The notes below the pieces were generated by a model. That model did no database searches, was not told the origin of the DNA, and saw only the letters and a list, made by a program, of their open reading frames with translations. From Fonticula alba ATCC 38817 (taxonomy: Eukaryota; Protista; Nucleariida): 7,976 nucleotides of DNA. The stretch lies in assembly GCA_000388065.2 (NCBI GenBank), contig KB932240.1; one strand, written 5' to 3'. The position numbers and the translations under genes were made by a program. Shown one piece after another: positions 1-5,705 of this stretch; the stretch's first letter is position 1; each line of letters begins with the position of its first letter.

Positions 1-887
1 CGCTCCAGCAGGAGGCCCGCCGCGCAGGACAGGCAGCGGCCATCCGCCGTGCAGGACAGACAGCCCGCCGGGCAGGCGACACAGGCGCCAGTCCCCCCGG
101 GGCCGGGGGCCGGCCCGGCCCACCGGTGCCCGGCCGCACACACCTGGCAGGCGTCCGGCGCGCCCGAGCACAGGGCGCAGGAGGCATCGCAGGCCTGGCA
201 GCGGGCGTCGGCGACAAGCTCCCCCGGGGCGCAGGTGCTGCCGCAGAGGGACGGCACCTGCGGGTCGACCGACAGGAAGATCAGCCCCGCGCGACAGGCC
301 GTGCAGCTGGCCCGGGCGTCGCACCGGGCGCAGGAGCCATCGCACGCATGGCACAGGCCGTCCTGGCCGTGGAAGTGCCGCTCGGCGCACCCGGTGCACT
401 GGGTGTCCGAGGTGCAGCCGGTGCAGCCGGCCGGGCAGGCCCGGCAGGCCCGGGCCCCGGCGTCGGGCCACATGCTGGCCGGGCACTGCTCGATGCAGGC
501 CCCTCCAAGGAGCCAGCGCTGGCCGGAGCACGCGGTGCAGGCCTCCGAGTCGCCGGGGAGGGCACACTCGGCGCATGTGCCATCGCACGCGAGGCACCGG
601 TCGGGAGAGGCGCCCCCGGGCGCGAGCACATGGCCAGCCATGCAGGCCTTGCATGTGTATGTCCCGCTGCCCGGGGGGGTGGGCTCGCATGTGCGGCAGG
701 TGTCGTGGCAGGCACACTCGCCGGCCGGGTCGGCATGCAGGCCGGTCGGGCAGGCGGCCAGACAGGCGGCCGGGCTGCCGGGCAGCCATGCCCGGCAGGC
801 CGAGCACCCGGCGACCCCGGGCCCGGAGCACCCCCGGCAGGCGGCATCACACGGGGTGCAGCCCAGGCCGAAGGTGTCCGGCGGGCA
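1..887 (-). repeat. Furin-like cysteine-rich repeat array of gene 1 (7 units visible, continues off-window)
   Basis: CTPCDAACRGC, (E)CACHDTCRTC (variant), CLACDGTCAEC, CRACPAGCTGC, CHACDGSCARC, CQACDASCALC, CVACPAGCLSC, each followed by a CxxC-x-x-G-type segment and in several units a CP.G motif. Confidence 0.88.
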
Positions 888-3793
888 GGCCGACTCCAGG
901 GCCACGCTCAGCGGCCCGGTGGTGGTGGAGCAGAGCAGCAGCGTCAGCAGCTTGGTCGCCGGGCTGGCGGTGGTCGCCGGGCCCGGGGGGTGGATGATCG
1001 GCTCCGACCAGAAGGGCGCATCCTCGGGCAGGTGCGCCCAGGCGGGGAGCCCCGTCACGACCGCCGGCAGCAGGGCACACGCGCCCCCGGCGGCCGGGCA
1101 CCGGAGCAGGGACACCGCGAAGAAGGTCCGCGTCAGGAGCAGCAGCGCGCTCGGGAAGTCCGCGCCCTGGCCATGGAGCTGGACGCCCAGCACGCGGACA
1201 TGCTGGCCCGGGCCCGGGCCCGGGGCCAGTGGCCGGGGCAGCGGCCCGAGCCCTTGCGGCACGAGGGCCAACCGGCCAGCTGGGCCGTCGGGCGGAAGGC
1301 CCCCCGGCGCGCGGAGCACCGCCCACGAGGCATGGGCCTGGAGCGAGACCAGCACGAGCTCGGGGCCCGGGCCGGCCGGGCCGCCGCCCCGGGGCAGGAG
1401 AACCGGCACATGGGCCCCCGGGAGGCTGGTCACCTCCAGCAGCTGGCCATCGAGCCCGGGCCAGCGAGAGTCCAGGTCTTGGAGGAGGGTCTGCGGCCCG
1501 GCGGCGGCCCGGCGGAAATCCCGCATCTGCAGCAGCCACCCCTCGGCCAGGGGGAGGGTGGCGGAGGCCGAGAAGTACGTGCGGGAAAAGCCCCCGGAGG
1601 CGGGGGCCGCCCGAAGGAGGATGCCCTCGCTGGCGGAGGACAGCAGGAGCGACGCTTCGTCCAGGCGGCGCACCTCGAGCATGGGCTGGAAGCCGGTGGC
1701 GTGCGCGGCCACCGGGGCGGAGGGGGAGCAGGCGGTGGCCGGGTCGGGTGTCGCGCAGGACAGCCATGCCTCAAAGGTGTCCCCCTCGGCATCCAGAAAG
1801 ATGATCCCCAGCAGCAGGTGCCCGGCATGGTGCAGGGGCCCGACCTCGGCGAAGGACACCCACGGCCGCAGGCCGGCGCCGGGCTGCAGCAGATGCACCG
1901 GCACCGGGGTGGCCTGGTCCAGGCCCTCCAGCTCGGCCACCGGCAGCAGGAGGGTCCCCGGCTGCGAGGTCAGGAGGAGGGCATTCGCCGGGGCGGCGCC
2001 CACCGCCGGGATGACCGGCATGCCGGTGGCGGAGTCCACCCGGAGGCGCGTGGGCCCGAGGGCGGAGATGGTTACTTCGGGCCCGATGCCCGGCGGGCTG
2101 ACCGGGGCAGGCGGCCCGAGCCCGGTCCGAGGGGCCAGCGAGTTGGCCGGCTGGCACACGCCGGCCAGCAGGGCGAACCCGCTCGAGCAGGCCCCCACGC
2201 AGACCATGCTGCCGGCAGGGCCGCTGGGCTCCAGGAAGAGCCCCTGCTGACAGGCAAGGCATTCCATGCGGTCGCACTCGCGGCAGCCGGCATATGGGCA
2301 GGGCTGGCAGCTGTGGCTCGGGTGGGCGAAGGGCGGCCCGGCTGGGGGCAGGGCGGCGGTCGGCGGAGCGTGTCAGGGCAATGGAGCGGCCGGTGGCCGG
2401 GCGGGGCCCGAAGAGGGCCCGGCCGAGCAGGCGTCAAAGCGGAGGCGGGGGACGCACGGGAAGGGCGATCCAGGAAGTGCCCATCGGCGCAGCCGGCACA
2501 CAGCTGGCTCGTGGACACGAAGGGCGCCTCGGCGCGTGCCCCGGCGCAGGCCCACCCGTCCGGCGAGCCGCTGGCGAGGTCGGCTCCATCGCACACGATG
2601 CTGGGATCCTGCCCGCACCGGAGGGCCTGCGAGTCGAAGAGGGCCATCCCCTGGGCCACAAGGGCCCAGGCCCCGGGGGCCGGGGAGCCGGACATGCGAA
2701 GCCGCGCCAATGTCACATCCGCCAGGCTGGTCACCCGGGCCGGGGGAATGACCCGGCGCCAGAGGAGCTCGTCGGGGAGGACATCCGCCCGCCAGATGCG
2801 CGGGCTGGCCGGGGCCGCCATGTCCAGGAAGTACAAATGGCGCAGCGGCTGGTCCAGGGTCTTGACCCCGGGCGGGGGCACGAGCCGGGTGGTGGAGGCC
2901 GAGAGGCCGGCTGGCAGGCGGCCAACCACCCCCGGCGGGGGGTTGGCAGCGAAGGTCCGATGGCAGGGCAGGATGTGGACCTCGCCATTGGCCAAGAGCA
3001 CCACGGCGTCCCCGCTGTCGGGGCAAGTGTCCGGCGAAGAGACGGCCCATGTGCAGGCCAGCTGGTGGATTGGGCTGGCGAGCGGGGTTTCAAGGTGGAC
3101 GCCGGTGCCATCGAACATGGTAAACAGGCTGATGAGCTTCTGGCCGCTGGCGAGCAGGAAGTTGCCCTCAATCGATGGGGCGGCCAAGACCGGGCCAGGT
3201 GGCAGGGACAGATTCATGCTGATCTGCTCGAGGCCGCCCTCCCTCAGGACGCCATAGTACACTTGGCGCGGATTGCCGGCCGGCGCCGGGTGCAGGCCCA
3301 CGCAGGAGACCCGCGAGTCGAGCCTGGCATTACAGGCCAGCACTTCGACGTCGGACGAGGGTAAATTCCACCGATCGGGAGAGGCGAAGAAGCCAATCCA
3401 CTGGCGGGTGTGGTGTACGACCACGGGCAGCTGCTGTCCGGGGATCGGCAGCAGGTCCACCACCCGTTCGGCCGGAGGGTCGGGACCGGAGCCGAAGGTG
3501 AAGTACATGGGCTCCCGAGAGAAGAAGCTGCCCCACCGGGTTTCCGGCTGGGCGTCCAGCGAATCCACCTGCTCGTGGAAGTACATGGCCCGGGGTTCCG
3601 AGAGGACGCAGGCCACCGAGGGCTGGCCAATGACCGTGTGAATGGCCGTCGGATGGCCGGAGGGCAGGGCCGGATGGCGCCCGGCGTAGAGGTACACATC
3701 GCCGGACGGGCGCCCCGGCGAGGCCGCCAGAAGCAGGCAGAGCAGGGCGAGCGCCAGCACCAGGGCCGGGGTGGGGGCCGCGCCGCCGGCCAT
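1..3793 (-). CDS. Large secreted or cell-surface cysteine-rich (furin-like repeat) protein, probable receptor-kinase ectodomain; two exons join(3793..2458, 2341..<1), 3'-partial
   Basis: ATG at 3793 (context cccatcATGG) with an in-frame TGA upstream at 3817-3815 and a hydrophobic signal peptide. Removing intron 2457-2342 gives ...GHFLDRPS-P-GPPFAHPSHSCQPCPYAGCRECDRMECLAC..., and hand translation of exon 2 is stop-free down to base 1 with strongly G/C-ending codons, ending in CxxCxxxCxxC repeats (...CVACPAGCLSCTADGRCLSCAAGLLLE). About 1225 codons are visible. No TM or kinase is visible in the window. Confidence 0.9.
2154..2617 (-). repeat. Internal Cys-rich module (EGF/furin-like) between the two Cys-poor domains of gene 1, spanning the intron
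   Basis: CGQDPSIVC...GWAC...QLCAGCADGHF...SCQPCPYAGCRECDRMECLACQQGLFL...MVCVGACSSGFALLAGVCQP. Confidence 0.75.
2342..2457 (-). other. Spliceosomal (U2-type) intron, 116 nt, phase 1
   Basis: Donor TCCC|GTGCGT at 2457, branch motif CTGAC at 2376-2372 (A about 31 nt from the end), acceptor TGCCCCCAG|C at 2342. Splicing joins C+CC (Pro) and switches exactly from the frame that stops being protein-like to the frame that resumes the Cys repeat. Confidence 0.88.
3713..3793 (-). other. N-terminal signal peptide of gene 1
   Basis: MAGGAAPTPALVLALALLCLLLAASPG: a ~14-residue Leu/Ala hydrophobic core followed by small residues and Pro/Gly. The cleavage site is approximate. Confidence 0.8.
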
Positions 3794-3842
3794 GATGGGT
3801 GCGGCGGCAAGTGATCAGGAGTGAAAGGAGGGTCGCGGGGGG

Positions 3843-4802
3843 NNNNNNNNNNNNNNNNNNNNNNNNNNNNNNNNNNNNNNNNNNNNNNNNNNNNNNNNNN
3901 NNNNNNNNNNNNNNNNNNNNNNNNNNNNNNNNNNNNNNNNNNNNNNNNNNNNNNNNNNNNNNNNNNNNNNNNNNNNNNNNNNNNNNNNNNNNNNNNNNNN
4001 NNNNNNNNNNNNNNNNNNNNNNNNNNNNNNNNNNNNNNNNNNNNNNNNNNNNNNNNNNNNNNNNNNNNNNNNNNNNNNNNNNNNNNNNNNNNNNNNNNNN
4101 NNNNNNNNNNNNNNNNNNNNNNNNNNNNNNNNNNNNNNNNNNNNNNNNNNNNNNNNNNNNNNNNNNNNNNNNNNNNNNNNNNNNNNNNNNNNNNNNNNNN
4201 NNNNNNNNNNNNNNNNNNNNNNNNNNNNNNNNNNNNNNNNNNNNNNNNNNNNNNNNNNNNNNNNNNNNNNNNNNNNNNNNNNNNNNNNNNNNNNNNNNNN
4301 NNNNNNNNNNNNNNNNNNNNNNNNNNNNNNNNNNNNNNNNNNNNNNNNNNNNNNNNNNNNNNNNNNNNNNNNNNNNNNNNNNNNNNNNNNNNNNNNNNNN
4401 NNNNNNNNNNNNNNNNNNNNNNNNNNNNNNNNNNNNNNNNNNNNNNNNNNNNNNNNNNNNNNNNNNNNNNNNNNNNNNNNNNNNNNNNNNNNNNNNNNNN
4501 NNNNNNNNNNNNNNNNNNNNNNNNNNNNNNNNNNNNNNNNNNNNNNNNNNNNNNNNNNNNNNNNNNNNNNNNNNNNNNNNNNNNNNNNNNNNNNNNNNNN
4601 NNNNNNNNNNNNNNNNNNNNNNNNNNNNNNNNNNNNNNNNNNNNNNNNNNNNNNNNNNNNNNNNNNNNNNNNNNNNNNNNNNNNNNNNNNNNNNNNNNNN
4701 NNNNNNNNNNNNNNNNNNNNNNNNNNNNNNNNNNNNNNNNNNNNNNNNNNNNNNNNNNNNNNNNNNNNNNNNNNNNNNNNNNNNNNNNNNNNNNNNNNNN
4801 NN
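3843..4802. other. Assembly (scaffold) gap of 960 N
   Basis: Run of n from 3843 to 4802, starting right after a G run. It hides the promoter/5' flank of gene 1, and its true length is unknown. Confidence 0.99.
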
Positions 4803-5059
4803 TCTGCCATGTCGAGCGGGGGGAGGCCCTTTACTTGGGCGACGCGCAGGCCCACGCCGGGCTGCGGGGGGGGTGTCGGGGGCGGCCGGGGGATGCCAGC
4901 TCCCAACGGCCAGCTGGGCACATCCGCCCGCGCCGGGGGGCCCCGTGGGAGAGCAACCAGCCCGTCGGGGAGGGGGCCCAGGGTCGACCCGGCCACAACC
5001 GGAGCCCGTGGTTGGCTCCCCACTGGACGGGAGCATGGAGTCTGGCCTGTAGCCTGCAT
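4803..5059 (-). CDS. Possible short ORF or exon running into the gap (hypothetical, Pro-rich)
   Basis: ATG at 5059: MQATGQTPCSRPVGSQPRAPVVAGSTLGPLPDGLVALPRGPPARADVPSWPLGAGIPRPPPTPPPQPGVGLRVAQVKGLPPLDMA. Codons are mostly G/C-ending from about 5006 onward, but open frames are common at this GC content and no domain is recognised. Confidence 0.2.
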
Positions 5060-5065
5060 ACATGC

Positions 5066-5067
<2 letters not shown>

Positions 5068-5101
<34 letters not shown>
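5068..5101 (+). repeat. (GT)17 dinucleotide microsatellite
   Basis: Perfect gt repeat from 5068 to 5101. Confidence 0.97.
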
Positions 5102-5103
<2 letters not shown>

Positions 5104-5150
5104 TGGCGGGCCTGGCGCATCCACCAGGGAGAATGCTGAGGGGCACTAGG

Positions 5151-5270
5151 GGCTGTTGCCGTTGTTGTTGTTGTTGCTGTTTTTGTTGTTGTTTTTGTTG
5201 TTGCCAGTGTTGTTGGTTCGGCCATCACTTTGGCCGTTGCTTTGGCTGCTGTTGGTGGTGTTGTTGTTTT
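5151..5270 (+). repeat. Imperfect (GTT)n / (AAC)n trinucleotide repeat
   Basis: About 39 triplets, mostly gtt/gct/ggt/ttt variants, with no phase break. Confidence 0.9.
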
Positions 5271-5434
5271 CTTCCCGGCACAGGGCCCCCGGCGCGGCAC
5301 ACCTGCCAAGTCGATGGAGCCCTGCTCGAAGGGGCCGGCAATCGTGTGAGGATCAACACAACAAAAGCGGGCCCCCGGGCGCGAAGTCGCCGGCCCCCAG
5401 GGCCGGGGGGCGCTCCACCAAGCAGGAAGGTCGC

Positions 5435-5515
5435 CACACACACACACACGCACACACACGCGCACACGCGCGTACGCTCGCACAAGACAAGCACGCGTGT
5501 GCGCGCGCACGCGCG
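5435..5515 (+). repeat. (CA)n / (CG)n mixed alternating purine-pyrimidine microsatellite
   Basis: cacacacacacacacgcacacacacgcgcacacgcgcgtacgc (5435-5477), a short break, then gcacgcgtgtgcgcgcgcacgcgcg (5491-5515). Confidence 0.92.
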
Positions 5516-5705
5516 AAAAGAAAGCCCGGAATTAATGGCCCGCCCAAAATGCCCGCCGGAGAATGTGGCCCCCTGAAACGTGTGACAAACCCCCGCCCCT
5601 GCCAGTCCCAGGCCCGTGAATCGGCGGCAGGCTGGGCTTCCCCGCCGCCCTGGCGGGCCGGCATTTCGGGGCGCACCTCCACCGGGGGTGTGGTCTATTT
5701 GAGGG

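Noticed and set aside
2072-2457. C-terminal ~128 aa of the track's 573-aa ORF (RASPASALTPARPG…)
   Set aside because: This is intron plus out-of-frame exon 2; the Cys pattern resumes only after splicing. It is kept only as a speculative retention isoform.
49-3257. Long plus-strand ORFs (733 aa, 1043 aa, 356 aa) and their nested ORFs
   Set aside because: Antisense shadows of gene 1. The 126..3257 frame is the exact codon complement of exon 2. The products are Ala/Gly/Arg/Pro/Gln-rich with no domain signal, and stops are rare at this GC content.
4866-4892. G-quadruplex-like motif (G8-tgtc-G5-cggcc-G5)
   Set aside because: It fits the pattern, but such G runs are frequent throughout this GC-rich window and here correspond to a Pro-rich minus-strand frame, so it has no specific support.
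3330-5510. ORFs spanning the N gap (3330..5510, 3799..5052, 3815..5146, 3821..5149)
   Set aside because: Artefacts of translating through Ns and THTH/VCVC dinucleotide repeats; frame across the gap is meaningless.
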